A DNA stretch of 59,613 nucleotides, counting the filler, from Nemertoderma westbladi (taxonomy: Eukaryota > Animalia > Xenacoelomorpha): NCBI GenBank assembly GCA_032718475.1. It is 3 parts of 3 records of this genome, joined end to end, with 100 filler letters (N's around TTAATTAATTAA, not from the genome) between each part and the next. Parts side by side here need not be neighbours in the genome. Positions count along the whole stretch, not along the records: positions 20,826 to 49,929 come from JAUCBJ010004627.1; positions 50,030 to 59,613 come from JAUCBJ010002201.1; 1 more part is not named here. One strand, 5' to 3'. The position numbers and the translations under genes were made by a program. Shown here piece after piece: positions 47,994 to 59,613 of the stretch. The notes under the pieces were generated by a model that worked only from the letters and a program-made list of their open reading frames with translations, ran no database searches and was not told where the DNA came from. Each line of letters starts with the position of its first letter. The stretch's first letter is position 1.

Positions 47994-48150
47994 TAGGCGA
48001 TATTTTACAGCATATAAAATTACCAGTTAGAACAAATAAAAAAAGCACGGGTTAGTGTAGCTGATTTGCCAAATCCCGGTGATGCAAAAATGTAACTAAA
48101 TAATCTTATTTGTTCTACTGGCAATTTTATGTACTGTAAAATATCGCCTA
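47994..48150. mobile_element. Small TA-flanked MITE
   Basis: TIR taggcgatattttacag.. / ..ctgtaaaatatcgccta. Confidence 0.75.
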
Positions 48151-48467
48151 TATTTGAAAAAGATAAAAAGAGAATTATCGACAGCTTATAAAATTAGAAA
48201 CATTATTGAAATGATTGAACGTCAGTTGTTGTTCTAAAGCCCACAATTCTTTATTGCGTACAACTGGTTCTCACACCTAGGCCCTACAGTTATATTTTAG
48301 TTTTTTAATTAATGTTGTATTATATACATTATATATATACATTACAGGACATTATATATATGCATATATTTACTTTACATTTTCAGGGTGACAGTTGTGT
48401 TCTAAACAAAACAGAGTGCAGTTTTATACTGCTGTTTGTGAAACTCGTCTTTATATTGGTATTCTAG

Positions 48468-48686
48468 GCGTTGGAACTTAACCCGTTAAATAACGACCCT
48501 GGATTCGATCGTTGGGCACAAATATCGATAAATATCTTGGATGTAAACGAATTCCCAACCCGTTTCAGTGAAGCTTCATTCAGTGGAAGTATTCCAGAAA
48601 ATTCACAGATAGGAACTGCGCTTATTGATGGAAACACAAAACGGACATTGGTGCTTCCACTAACAGACAACGACAAGCAAATGGCT
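48468..48686 (+). CDS. Cadherin-repeat gene, exon C
   Basis: AG/GT bounded, 73 codons; ILDVNEFPTRF, IPENS, TDND. Confidence 0.85.
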
Positions 48687-49040
48687 GTAAGTTGTAGTTT
48701 GAGATACGTAATCCTTTTTTCAAACTAAATGATCATACTGTATGTATAATTCTTTGTATGCTGCCCTTGTGCGTGAATTCAATTTCTGTCAAATCTTATG
48801 GTTAGATGGTTTAGAAAGATAAAATGTCCTGGACAAAATTAAGTTGTGTCATTTACTGGAAACATTAATACATGTATTAGTATGTTTCTTGTATGTTTCT
48901 TAGAGAGGAAATGGATTGTCAAAAGGTACACAAATTTAATCTTTAAGGGAATATCATTGAATGTGATGCAATTGGTATTTATTATATTATTTGCGACTTC
49001 CTGCGATAATATATATTTGCTATCTCGAATCTACTTCCAG

Positions 49041-49178
49041 AACGAAGTTCCCTCTAGAAGCTATTCTTTAACGCCTACAAACGCCCCCTTTACTGCTACT
49101 GAAGTTAATGGCGGTGTACTTCTCACACTGTCCGAAAGTCTAGACAAAGAGACGTCTCCTGATCCATTCATGATAAAG
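49041..49178 (+). CDS. Cadherin-repeat gene, exon D
   Basis: AG/GT bounded, 46 codons; YSL...SLDKET. Confidence 0.85.
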
Positions 49179-49516
49179 GTAAACTGAATTCAATGGCGTA
49201 ATATGGTCGGAAATAGAAAACGTGTGTTTATTGGGTTTACAAAAAGAAATAATTAAAGAGAAAAGGAGCAATAAGGAAACCGGAATCCAATTTGCGCTGG
49301 AGATTTACTTATTTCACTTGCGATCAATTTACTCTATTGTCTGTGTAAACAATACTATATATGTATATCATAGTATATAATATATTCTATAATATCTATT
49401 TAGTTTCTTAGGATTATATTTCATTCGCTAAAAATGATTACTGGTATCCATGATTATCAGAATTTTCACCACAAACACCATACTAAGTTTTCAATAAGTT
49501 TTTATGGGTATCGTAG

Positions 49517-49681
49517 GTAACGGTCACTGATGGACAAGGGCGAACCGCATCAACCGATGTTTTAATCACAGTGACAGACATAAACGAAACTCCGCCGAGG
49601 TTCACACCAGACACCGGGCGGTATTCCGCCTCGGTTTCCCTGTCTACCGATGGTGTACCCAGTCAGTCTGATGTAGTCAAG
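49517..49681 (+). CDS. Cadherin-repeat gene, exon E (gene continues past the contig end)
   Basis: AG/GT bounded, 55 codons; VTVTDG..VTDINETPPRF. Confidence 0.85.
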
Positions 49682-49929
49682 GTTAGTCACAAATCTGTTT
49701 CAGAACTACACTGTAATATAGTGAAATATTTACATCATGTGATGTACAATGTATACCCCCTATTCTGCAAAAAATTAGATATCTTGACTTCTTACTGGGT
49801 GAGACAGAAATTACTTCGCTTTAACTTTCAATCTTTAGCTAAAAGTAGTAAAAGGTTTCTCCGTCGATATTGCATCAGTCGCCCAGCAGCTTTTCAAGCT
49901 TATTGTGTTTATTGATACCGATGGAAAGA

Positions 49930-50029
49930 NNNNNNNNNNNNNNNNNNNNNNNNNNNNNNNNNNNNNNNNNNNNTTAATTAATTAANNNNNNNNNNNNNNN
50001 NNNNNNNNNNNNNNNNNNNNNNNNNNNNN
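49930..50029. other. Artificial contig spacer
   Basis: N-TTAATTAATTAA-N, 100 bp. Confidence 0.95.
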
Positions 50030-50094
50030 TGTGCAGTTTTGGCCTACTGTATTCATTCAATCACTAGTAGTAGCTTACTGGTGTTTCTTTTCTA

Positions 50095-50193
50095 TCATTG
50101 AGTTGATGGCAATTTTCGTGTTTTCATTTTCGCTCACTCAGGGTACTGGTTTGGGGGGCAGGTTTGTTTAAAGCCAGCTTGCTGGCTTTCTAG
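50095..50193 (+). repeat. Dispersed repeat ending in a hairpin plus CTAG (Helitron-like 3' end); inverted copy at ~21282-21380
   Basis: aaagccagc-tt-gctggcttt-CTAG. Confidence 0.5.
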
Positions 50194-50408
50194 ACTGTTT
50201 TAGACTGTTTAGACTGATAGAACAAGAAATTGAGCTAGTGCAAAAATATAAGTGAGTTTTATGAGGTGAAGCAAATAAGCTAAAAATCGCATTCTGCTCT
50301 ACCTCAATAGGCCTACAGCAATATCCAATATCTAATCTTACGTCGTCTAAGTAGTCTTTGAGTAGTCTAAGTAGTCTTCAACACGAACACGGCTAAACAG
50401 TCAAGAAA

Positions 50409-53400
50409 ATGCCACATAATTTCTCAACTAATTACAATTATGAATCCGCTGATGTGAGCGGATGGAGAGTGAAGAATGTCCAAGCGTATTTACGCAACGG
50501 TATAAACGCTCCATCTAAGGACAATGTCCCGGATGGAATGCTCTGCATCCTCGGCGTCGATGGATTGTTTAACGCCGGAATGAGAGAACTCGCTAACTAT
50601 CTGACGCTGGGCGCATTGGACACCGATCTGGGTGACTTATTGGATGATACTATGATTATGGTAAAGCCAAACTCGGTTCATGTTCATATGACTTTATCTT
50701 CATACGATCATCTGGCCCCAGTCGTTCACGCATGGCGCAATGTAGTTGTGCATTGTTTCGATCCCTCCACCAACAATATTCCCGAAGACGATATACAGGA
50801 GGAAGTTGAATTGTATAAGATTCACTCGTTTATTAAGATGGTTGCAGATTGTAAAGTAATAGCGATTCCATACAGTCAGACGGGCCATTCAAAACCATTC
50901 AAACCGTTCCACGTCGAGAAATGGCCGATAGTTCAGGCCTTCGGGCTGGACGGAATCGGCCCGGGCGGTTTCTTTACAATGTCTCACACCGTCGTGGACG
51001 CCAGCGGTCTAACTCCGGTTATATTCAGCACTCTGGACTGTCGGAATATTGAGCAACTGATGCTCGACGGTCTATCTTGCTTCTCCAGACACTGGGCCGA
51101 CTTTATTTCCAAGTGTGATCGTTCCCCTGCAGATAATCCCCTGGACGTGGCTGATGTGGGCGAGCCATTGTTCTCTTACTATCAGTTTGGCAGATGTTCT
51201 GGTAGCGAAGGTCGCGGTGTAACTCATAGTTACCAACCCTTCATCCTTTTAGGGTCAATGACCTCGGCATTAAAGGCCCCAATTACTGAGGCAGTAAATG
51301 GAAGACAGGCTTCACACAGTAGTGGCAATGACGTCACAGGCCACATTGTTGGTGACGTCACTAACCCTATTCACATGGTCATACAGGGGGTCCAGCCCAA
51401 AGGTCCTTTAGTCTGCAGACGTTCCTACTTCCTAGTCCCAGAGAATCAATCCAAAGATTCCCGTATGTTGTCACTTCTATATAAGGCGATGGTTACCGCG
51501 TTCTACGGGGCCGTTAAGGTTTATCTTTCCTCTCTGAGCGCCTCTAAGGCCGTCGATTCAGCTAAGGAAAGTTTCGAGTATCTGTTAGAGAAGTGGCAGA
51601 TAGAATCTCCCGAGGGTTTATTAGAATCGTTATCGTTTCGTATCGAATCCCGCGGGAATCTAAGCGAAATTTTGCCGCTCCTCAACGGGAAACCGTCACC
51701 TTTTGTTAAAATCGCGATTATTTCCCTGTCAGACATTTCGAGTCTGGTAGATACCGAGCGTAATCTCGGAAGTCTGAGTTTCTCTGAGACGTTTGTTGAT
51801 GCGGTTACCGTGTTCGCCGATGGATCGTCCGACTCAGAAGTTGTTTATCTCACTCGAATCCTTCCGATATTCGCGAGTTTCTTCCCGCCGCCTCTCCCAT
51901 CGCTTCCAGAGAAGCCCCTTCTCTCTGACACCGATTGCGTCTTCCTCGCCTCCTCTAAACGCCTCCAGACTGCGGTATCCTCCATCCGCTGCCACGCCTC
52001 CGGCATCCTGTTCCAACCCCGTCGACTGGATTCCTTCATCCTCCCACTCTCCGCTCTCCACTCGGTCCGCTACTACGACGGCCCATCTCCGACTCGTCTT
52101 CTGCTGATCGCGATGCGACTGAAACCCGATTACCTCGCTATCCTCCCAACCGCGCTGGTCCACTCTGACGGCCTCCTTTACATGGGGGTCCCTTTCGCGT
52201 CCAGGAAAGTTAATTCTGGTTTTAAGTCCGAGATTCTCTCAAAGTGGCGCGCTGCTAAACTTGCTGATGTTGTAGAGACGTTGTCTGACGTCGAGAAGGA
52301 CGTCTACGAGGGGTTGGTCCGTAGTAGCCGAACTCCCAGTCGCTTCCACACCGCGGTCCAATACGATCTCGCCTTCCCGGAATTGCGATCATTCTACTCG
52401 CAGTTGTCCATCTCCTGCGCCGCGGACCACGGAGCAAAGGTTCCGCTCAGCATTAAACACGGGCTCGCGGAATCTGCCAGGAGTTCAGCTTTCCCGATCA
52501 CCGTTATAGTGTCCGGCGGCCGTGTAGCTGAACTTCTCGTCGCTGATACATCCTCGACTATCCGGTGGGAATCCATCTCCCAACCGGTGGAACTCCCTGG
52601 GTTTAACCCGGACTTCTTAACGGAGTCACTCCGGGATTCGATCGACTCTCTCCGCTCCGTCGTCGATCCATCTCGGAAACCGCGGATTCTCCTCGACCTT
52701 CCCTACCTCTTCGAGGTTCACCAACTCGTTGCGCTCCTCCGGAACCTCCCCGATGTGTTCCTCGCGGCGGTTGCGGTCTGCCTGGACCCCGACGGGCTCT
52801 ACGTGGGCCCCAACCGCCGTATAGTCCCGGGACTGTTGGCCCACTGCGCCCGGGGTTGGACCTCCGCCGTGATACTCGGGAAGAGCGAACGAACCTACCG
52901 CGAGACGCAGCAGAGAATCCGCGAGTTTAACTCAAACGTCGCGTTCATTCTAACCGACGAGGGGCGGATATCCCGCGGACCCGATATCGAGATTCTACTC
53001 GACAACGAGGTGTTCCCTTCCCGCGATATGGAACGCGCTCGGTTCCTATCTATTCCCGGCTGGTGGAACAACGTTCCTCCGTTCTACTCGGTCCACGACA
53101 TTCACGCCGTCGTTGTCCGGTCTGATTCCGTTTTGGATCGGCCCCGTTTCCTCGGGAAAATAAAATCCCTCCGAGTTCGTAATGACGAGTTCACCGCGAT
53201 TATAAAAATAAATTCCGCTGTTTATTTCTCTGATAATAAACGCGAGATTTATAACATCTCTTGGGACTCGCCGTCTGGTAAACTACTTATAGAGTCTTCT
53301 GGATTTGGTGATGATTATCCACCAGATAGTTTCACTTCAATTGTCACTTTTATTGGTTTCGATCTGTCCACCGAAGAGTTGAAGATGTTTTTAGAGCAAA

Positions 53401-53696
53401 GTTTACCGCCGAAACTCGAGGCCAAACCGCTCCGACGTAGAAGCGATTTAACCCCCGGCGAATTAGCGCAGCTCAAGAAGAAACATCACCTGGATTCGTT
53501 GCCCGAGGGTTGGTACTACAACGGGAGCAGTTACGTTAGTGGCTTCGGCGATAAGTCGCCATCTCATCCCTTGATGGAGGAACACATAATGGAGTACCTC
53601 GAGGTGGATAATAAACGTATAGAAGCTCGCAATGAGAAGATTAAAGATGATGTGGAAGCTAAACTCGTGTCAGTTACTAGTCAGCAAATATTGTGA
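50409..53696 (+). CDS. DNAAF9: Dynein axonemal assembly factor 9 (C20orf194/Shulin) homolog, intronless
   Basis: N-terminal PDGMLCILGVDG.FN.G.RELANYL, VEKWPIVQAFGLDGIG.GGFFTM; C-terminal LPEGWYYNG..YV...G.KS..HPLME; 1095 aa in one ORF. Confidence 0.85.
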   Translation: MPHNFSTNYNYESADVSGWRVKNVQAYLRNGINAPSKDNVPDGMLCILGVDGLFNAGMRELANYLTLGALDTDLGDLLDDTMIMVKPNSVHVHMTLSSYDHLAPVVHAWRNVVVHCFDPSTNNIPEDDIQEEVELYKIHSFIKMVADCKVIAIPYSQTGHSKPFKPFHVEKWPIVQAFGLDGIGPGGFFTMSHTVVDASGLTPVIFSTLDCRNIEQLMLDGLSCFSRHWADFISKCDRSPADNPLDVADVGEPLFSYYQFGRCSGSEGRGVTHSYQPFILLGSMTSALKAPITEAVNGRQASHSSGNDVTGHIVGDVTNPIHMVIQGVQPKGPLVCRRSYFLVPENQSKDSRMLSLLYKAMVTAFYGAVKVYLSSLSASKAVDSAKESFEYLLEKWQIESPEGLLESLSFRIESRGNLSEILPLLNGKPSPFVKIAIISLSDISSLVDTERNLGSLSFSETFVDAVTVFADGSSDSEVVYLTRILPIFASFFPPPLPSLPEKPLLSDTDCVFLASSKRLQTAVSSIRCHASGILFQPRRLDSFILPLSALHSVRYYDGPSPTRLLLIAMRLKPDYLAILPTALVHSDGLLYMGVPFASRKVNSGFKSEILSKWRAAKLADVVETLSDVEKDVYEGLVRSSRTPSRFHTAVQYDLAFPELRSFYSQLSISCAADHGAKVPLSIKHGLAESARSSAFPITVIVSGGRVAELLVADTSSTIRWESISQPVELPGFNPDFLTESLRDSIDSLRSVVDPSRKPRILLDLPYLFEVHQLVALLRNLPDVFLAAVAVCLDPDGLYVGPNRRIVPGLLAHCARGWTSAVILGKSERTYRETQQRIREFNSNVAFILTDEGRISRGPDIEILLDNEVFPSRDMERARFLSIPGWWNNVPPFYSVHDIHAVVVRSDSVLDRPRFLGKIKSLRVRNDEFTAIIKINSAVYFSDNKREIYNISWDSPSGKLLIESSGFGDDYPPDSFTSIVTFIGFDLSTEELKMFLEQSLPPKLEAKPLRRRSDLTPGELAQLKKKHHLDSLPEGWYYNGSSYVSGFGDKSPSHPLMEEHIMEYLEVDNKRIEARNEKIKDDVEAKLVSVTSQQIL

Positions 53697-56511
53697 TTCC
53701 TAAAACACTTATTCTTATATTCTTTATTGCGCCATTAACTAACCAAACATAGCTAGATGGACTAAAATATTGAAGTTCTTATGGACACGAACTTAAATCT
53801 GGGCGAGGCCGATGTCCCTAAATACCAAAAGTATGCCTAAAGAATATTTTATGTATGTTTAACGAATCCACCCCCCCCCCCCCCTCCCCTCCCCAACAGG
53901 TCTCTGAATTTATATTATTTAATTAATAAAATAAATTAATAGTAATACAATGTTTAATACAAATAATATTAATTATATTAATTATCATATTGTCCTATTT
54001 ACATTGTATATTTGATTCACCGCGTCACTCACCCCACAACAATTCACTTATTATTATTAATTAATACAATGTCATCTACGCTTGCTCTTCATCGTATTAA
54101 GGTTATCACTCCACCATCTGACATATCCTTTTTTATATGTGTGTGTCTGTATTTTTCTGTGTGAATAAATAAATTGATTGAATTGTACATAATTTGATAA
54201 ATATAATTATTGTAAATATACTGTTAAGAGAGATTTACTCTATTGTAGATCAATATGCAATAACGATAGTCTATTTGGTTACCTTATATTTCGCAAAACT
54301 CTCTGCAGTCGTGGTTTGTGTTATGGGGCGAGCCATGCTGTTTGTGTTATTGTGTTTGTATTTTATAGATACACTGTGTATATGTGTAACATCCAAATGC
54401 TTACGTATAGATAATAATTTATTTGTATTTAATTTCGTAATAATAATAAAAATTAGTTTATTGTATTTTCACAAATGCTTGTAAGAACTGTTAATTATTA
54501 TTTTATACCAATATTGTAAATAAGTTGTACATTTTTGTCTAGTTAACAAATTATTTTCCTTCGTTCAATCAATATGGTTTTTTTAGTCTTCTCTTCTATC
54601 GCTCTGTATTGTAACTTGTATTGTATATGTGACAATGGTGACATACATGGATTTGTAAATATATAATTTTAATAAATAAAGCATCGTTTATGAATATAAA
54701 AAATTGTTTTATATATTTTCATAAAATAACTAACCATTTACTTCATTAATCAATATTATATCGCCAGTAATTTATTGGTGACTTCGGACAGACGGACGGA
54801 TACTACTGGGATAAGCAGGTATTTCTTCGATCGAGTTTCTTGTATTCTCGATGCTCGAGGCGGATAGATAGTTGGTTGTGTTGGGCGCCGATAGCTGTAT
54901 AGCGCCGATCTGTTTATAATTATGTTTTTTTGTTATTGTTATTTATTTATAATCGGAATTTGAGGAAGTCGACATTGATGAAGTAATGAAGCGCTTTATA
55001 TTGGAGATAAAATACCAGGTAGTATTCAAAGAGACCACGATGATACTTATTTTATGAATAATAATCATGGTAATTATTGGAGGACTACAGTCGGGGAGGT
55101 TTAGTTATTCTTTCCCGATTAGCCGATAGTCTTGTATTTTGTGTTACATTTTATATTTCTTATACAACAGGATGTAACGCCCTTGTCATCTTGTGTAAAA
55201 CTGTATACATTTTACAGCCGATATTTTTATATTATTAACAACTGGTTGACTTGGCTCAGGTACCAGCTAATGTCATCTGATTATTTAAGCAAATGTTGTT
55301 CAATTCTATCAAAAAGGCCAAACTTACAATTTCCAAATTCATTGTTTATATTATAAATATATTTTTGTATTTGATTTCCATTTGATAACAGGTAATTACT
55401 CTCAAAAATAAAACTGTAGCCTGTTCTAGTGTGTTTAGTTTATTGTTTTGGTTAAAATATCGTGCCACTGTAACCTGCTCCTTTCCCTAAATTGAGAATT
55501 TAACATTGAGGCGGGATATTAATTCGCCAAGATGGGATTTGCGTCCAGTCTGGCAGTCCCCCCCCCCCCCACCCACCCCTCCTGTCTCTTGATTTCACTA
55601 GAAAATAGAATACATAGCATTTTACTGTCATAATTACTCTAATGAATAAATAATGAATTTATTTATTATTAAACCGTACTAAGCACGTTGAACTGGAGCT
55701 CTAACAATTCCCCCTAGCGGCAGAAAGGAACTGTAAAAGTCTGTCTGTGTGTAGGTTTTCTAATTAAGCAATGCTCATATTGGTTACTACTACTAAATTT
55801 CAGATGAATCTGATGGTTGGTTCTATAATTACAGCTACTTTTACGTTTCTGTTAATTCGCCCCCCCTAGAGGCAGACAGAGGAACTGTATAAGTCTGTCT
55901 GTGTGTAGAATTTCTAAATTTTTGACACACTACGCGTGTAGGCCAGTAGGCCTACCAAGTTTGGTACCATTTCATCCATGATTGACTGACTTATTAGCGT
56001 TCAAACATTCCTGCCACAAACATAGCCAGAAGCAGCCACAAACTAACAAAAGCTGCAGGAACTCAAGAGCGATAATTAATTTATTAATTATTAAATACTG
56101 TTCAATTAAATTCTTTACGAAAATCTAGTTATCTCCTTTTAAATATGGACCCTGCTTTCTTGGAAAATATAATATTTGATAATTCAGCAGTCAACCTACT
56201 GTACGATAATTTTGCAGGATAGCTCCTTGTCATGGCCTGTTATTTAGATGGCCTTGCCTTACTCCAGTACTCGCTGGCTTACTCCATACTCAGGCTTACT
56301 AATCTGAGTCTGTGAGTATGGGGAAGACTGGTAGGCTACGAAATGCAGAAATGTGACTATTTACGGTTGTCCAAAATCGCTCTTGGCTCTTTTGTTTGTT
56401 AATAACAAAAAGTACCGGCACCTACCGGTACCACCGGTAGGCCTACAGGCCTATAATAATAATTCGATAAATTGGAGTTGAGCTGATGCAAACAGTATTT
56501 AATAATTTGAC

Positions 56512-57375
56512 ATGAACAACACTGATAGACGACGGCAGGCCAGAGTGCAGGGTGGGTGGTCTTCTATGTCTACGCCCCGCGCTGGTGGACATAGCAACCG
56601 TATGACGTCATCAACATCAGTGGCTACTAAGCCATCGCTTAATCCGCATCCAACCGCAACCGCTCGTCAGAACTCGGGAATAAACCGGGTTGAATTCCAG
56701 CAACCGAGTGCGGAGCAGGTTAAACGAATCCCGTCTCCCGTTATGATAACCAAACCCGGAGAGCATGTTATCAGTACAGACACTAACGGACCATCTACTA
56801 TCTCATACAACCCATCTTTTATAGATAGCGACGAAGCTCGATGGATGATGGAGACCTTACTCTCCGAATTACCTTGGCAGCAGATGGAACTGACTCTATC
56901 CGATGGTAGACTAGTTAAACAACCCCGTATGGTTACCTGGTACGGGGACCGGCCTTACTCTTACTCCCGAGTAACCCAACAAGCCAACCCGCATTGGCAC
57001 CCGCTGTTGGCCTCACTCAGGGATCTACTGTCCGACCTTCTCCACGTCCCGTTTAACTCGGTCCTGTGCAACCTGTACCGCAACGAGAAGGACTCAGTAG
57101 ACTGGCACAGTGACAACGAACCCTTGCTAGGTGGCGCCCCCACCATAGCGAGTCTATCGTTCGGAGACTCTAGAAACTTCGAACTCCGTAGGAAACCGTC
57201 TGATGGCTCTGATGATTACACTTACAGCGAGACACTCAAGGTGTGTCTCAGTAGCGGCAGTCTGCTAGTCATGTCGGGGTTGACTCAGTTGCATTGGCAA
57301 CACAGAATTCCTAAGGAATACCACGATAGACGCCCACGTGTTAATCTAACGTACAGAGTTATATTGCCATCCTAA
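56512..57375 (+). CDS. ALKBH3: AlkB homolog 3, Fe(II)/2OG dioxygenase, intronless
   Basis: RRQARVQGGW N-terminus, QPR..WYG, NSVLCNLYRNEKDSVDWHSD, WQHRIPKEYH, RVNLTYR. Confidence 0.92.
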   Translation: MNNTDRRRQARVQGGWSSMSTPRAGGHSNRMTSSTSVATKPSLNPHPTATARQNSGINRVEFQQPSAEQVKRIPSPVMITKPGEHVISTDTNGPSTISYNPSFIDSDEARWMMETLLSELPWQQMELTLSDGRLVKQPRMVTWYGDRPYSYSRVTQQANPHWHPLLASLRDLLSDLLHVPFNSVLCNLYRNEKDSVDWHSDNEPLLGGAPTIASLSFGDSRNFELRRKPSDGSDDYTYSETLKVCLSSGSLLVMSGLTQLHWQHRIPKEYHDRRPRVNLTYRVILPS

Positions 57376-58635
57376 CCACAGTTAATCTAACGTACAGTTG
57401 TATATTTACCATTCTAACCACAGTAAATCTAACGTACAGCGTTATATTGCCGTCCTAACCACAGTAAATCTAACGTAAAGTGTTATATTGCCATCCTAAC
57501 CACAGTAAATCTAACGTACAGCGTTATATCGCCATCCTAACATCAGTTAATCTAACGTACAGTGTTATATTGCCATCCTAACCACAGTAAATCTAACGTA
57601 AAGTGTTATATTGCCATTCTAACCACAGTTAATCTAACGTACAGTGTTATATTGCCATCCTAACCACAGTAAATCTAACGTACAGAGTTATATTACCATC
57701 CTACAATCAGTTAATCTAACGTACAGTGTTATATTGCCATCCTAACATCAGTTAATCTAACGTACAGTGTTATATTGCCATCCTAACATCAGTTAATCTA
57801 ACGTACAAAGTTATATTGCCATGCTAACCACAGTAAATCTAACGTAAAGTGTTATATTGCCATTCTAACCACAGTTAATCTAACGTACAGTGTTATATTG
57901 CCATCCTAACCACAGTAAATCTAACGTACAGAGTTATATTACCATCCTACAATCAGTTAATCTAACGTACAGTGTTATATTGCCATCCTAACATCAGTTA
58001 ATATAACGTACAGTGTTATATTGCCATCCTAACATCAGTTAATCTAACGTAAAGTGTTATATCGCCATCCTAACATCAGTTAATCTAACGTACAGTGTTA
58101 TAATGCCATCCTAACATCAGTTAATCTAAGGTACAGTGTTATATTGCCATCCTAACATCAGTTAATCTAACGTACAGTGTTATATTGCCACCCTAACATC
58201 AGTTAATCTAACGTACAGTGTTATATTGCCACCCTAACATCAGTTAATCTAAGGTACAGTGTTATATTGCCATCCTAACATCAGTTAATCTAACGTACAG
58301 TGTTATATTGCCACCCTAACATCAGTTAATCTAAGGTACAGTGTTATATTGCCATCCTAACATCAGTTAATCTAACGTACAGTGTTATATTGCCACCCTA
58401 ACATCAGTTAATCTAACGTACAGTGTTATATTGCCACCCTAACATCAGTTAATCTAAGGTACAGTGTTATATCGCCATCCTAACATCAGTTAATCTAACG
58501 TACAGTGTTATATTGCCACCCTAACATCAGTTAATCTAACGTACAGTGTTATATTGCCATCCTAACATCAGTTAATCTAACATAAAGTGTTATATTGCCA
58601 TCCTAACATCAGTTAATCTAACGTACGTACAGTGT
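57340..58635. repeat. 41-bp minisatellite, about 31 copies
   Basis: Unit gttaatctaacgtacagtgttatattgccatcctaacatca; first copy overlaps the end of the ALKBH3 CDS. Confidence 0.95.
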
Positions 58636-58831
58636 TTTATTTATTTGTATGGAATTAATTTCGCACTACCAAATCGCCTTGGCGACATATTTTCCATCTT
58701 TATATCGCATTGCGACATAATTTCTCAGTATGTCCCTACGCCATACATTTTACTATGTATTTCCAGTATATCCTGTATGTCACCGTCCCGTAAAGCTATA
58801 AAGTACTATTTTATGAACAATGACGTATAGT

Positions 58832-59080
58832 ACTAGGATCGGCATGCTGCATTGCAGCTGCATTTTTAGGAATGCTGTGCCGGCTTGTCAACAAAATTGC
58901 ACCGCCACAACTCCCTATCACCCATGACATTTGCTAGATCATCCGCATCTTTAAGGCATGTGTCCTTTAAGATGCGTCTCAAGAAAGTCATGGGCTGTCC
59001 ACCATGCTTATTCACTCCGAGGCTGCCAAAGTACAAGATGATGCACTGGCTGGTCCTCACGGCGAAAGCAATGTCCTGCA
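58832..59080 (-). mobile_element. Short 3' fragment of the same RTE family
   Basis: Near-identical to 45470-45722; 13-bp TSD AATGACGTATAGT at 58819-58831 and 59081-59093. Confidence 0.9.
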
Positions 59081-59613
59081 AATGACGTATAGTGAGTGAC
59101 GTATAGTTAATATTGTCATTCTATCCGCAATTAATCTAACATTGCGATCATCTCACTCAGTTATATTGCCAATTGTCATTCTAACTACTTATAATATTTG
59201 TATTTTTACTTTTATCAAGAACAGGACTTCTAGATTGTAGTATTTATTCTAATTATTTTTTGAATAAATAATATATTCTAGAAGGCCTTGCTTTTATTGA
59301 ATATTCTTATAACTTGACTATAGGCTTAATTATAATTAATGAATGCTAATTATAAAATTGGGTCTTGGCTATTTTTTGGAGGTTAGCATATTTAAACAAC
59401 AACTGTGTCATCTTATACATTTTCATTTTAATATCGAATATGGGTGAGTACAAAACGCCTCCAAGGAGCTTTACACCACCACCAACTTCTAGTGCTTCAA
59501 ATAATATTTTTCAAAGTGAAAAATGTAAACTTTACATCCTCGCACTGCTTGTTCTGTGCGCGGCACCAGTCAAGTTGTCATTTATGAATATTTGATATTT
59601 TTACCGACCGAGT

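Noticed and set aside
57340-58635. CRISPR-like appearance of the 41-bp array (also the 52-bp and 164-bp arrays)
   Set aside because: No unique spacers, no cas genes, eukaryotic context

Overview
AT-rich, repeat-dense eukaryotic DNA, most likely an invertebrate animal (spliced cadherin, DNAAF9, ALKBH3). The window is three contigs joined by artificial 100-bp N-TTAATTAATTAA-N spacers (20726-20825, 49930-50029), so linkage across them is unproven. Contig 1 holds an intact full-length APE-type LINE with a 14-bp TSD, a decayed Helitron-like Rep-Pif1 element ending in an SLX1-like GIY-YIG nuclease (partly duplicated in tandem), a Harbinger-like MITE, an unidentified decayed ORF and a ~164-bp repeat array. 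Contig 2 holds five exons of a cadherin-repeat gene. Its ~26.7-kb intron contains HINE-like repeats, MITEs, a CRE-clade retrotransposon inside a palindromic satellite, an intronless bacterial-type PQQ/sorbosone dehydrogenase gene with eukaryotic targeting signals, and a nested stack: hAT element > RTE LINE with a 142-bp TSD > (tRNA-head plus hammerhead-ribozyme repeat; Mag-type Gypsy). Contig 3 holds intronless DNAAF9 and ALKBH3, and a 41-bp minisatellite amplified from the last ALKBH3 codons. All calls come from reading the sequence by eye; no database searches were run.
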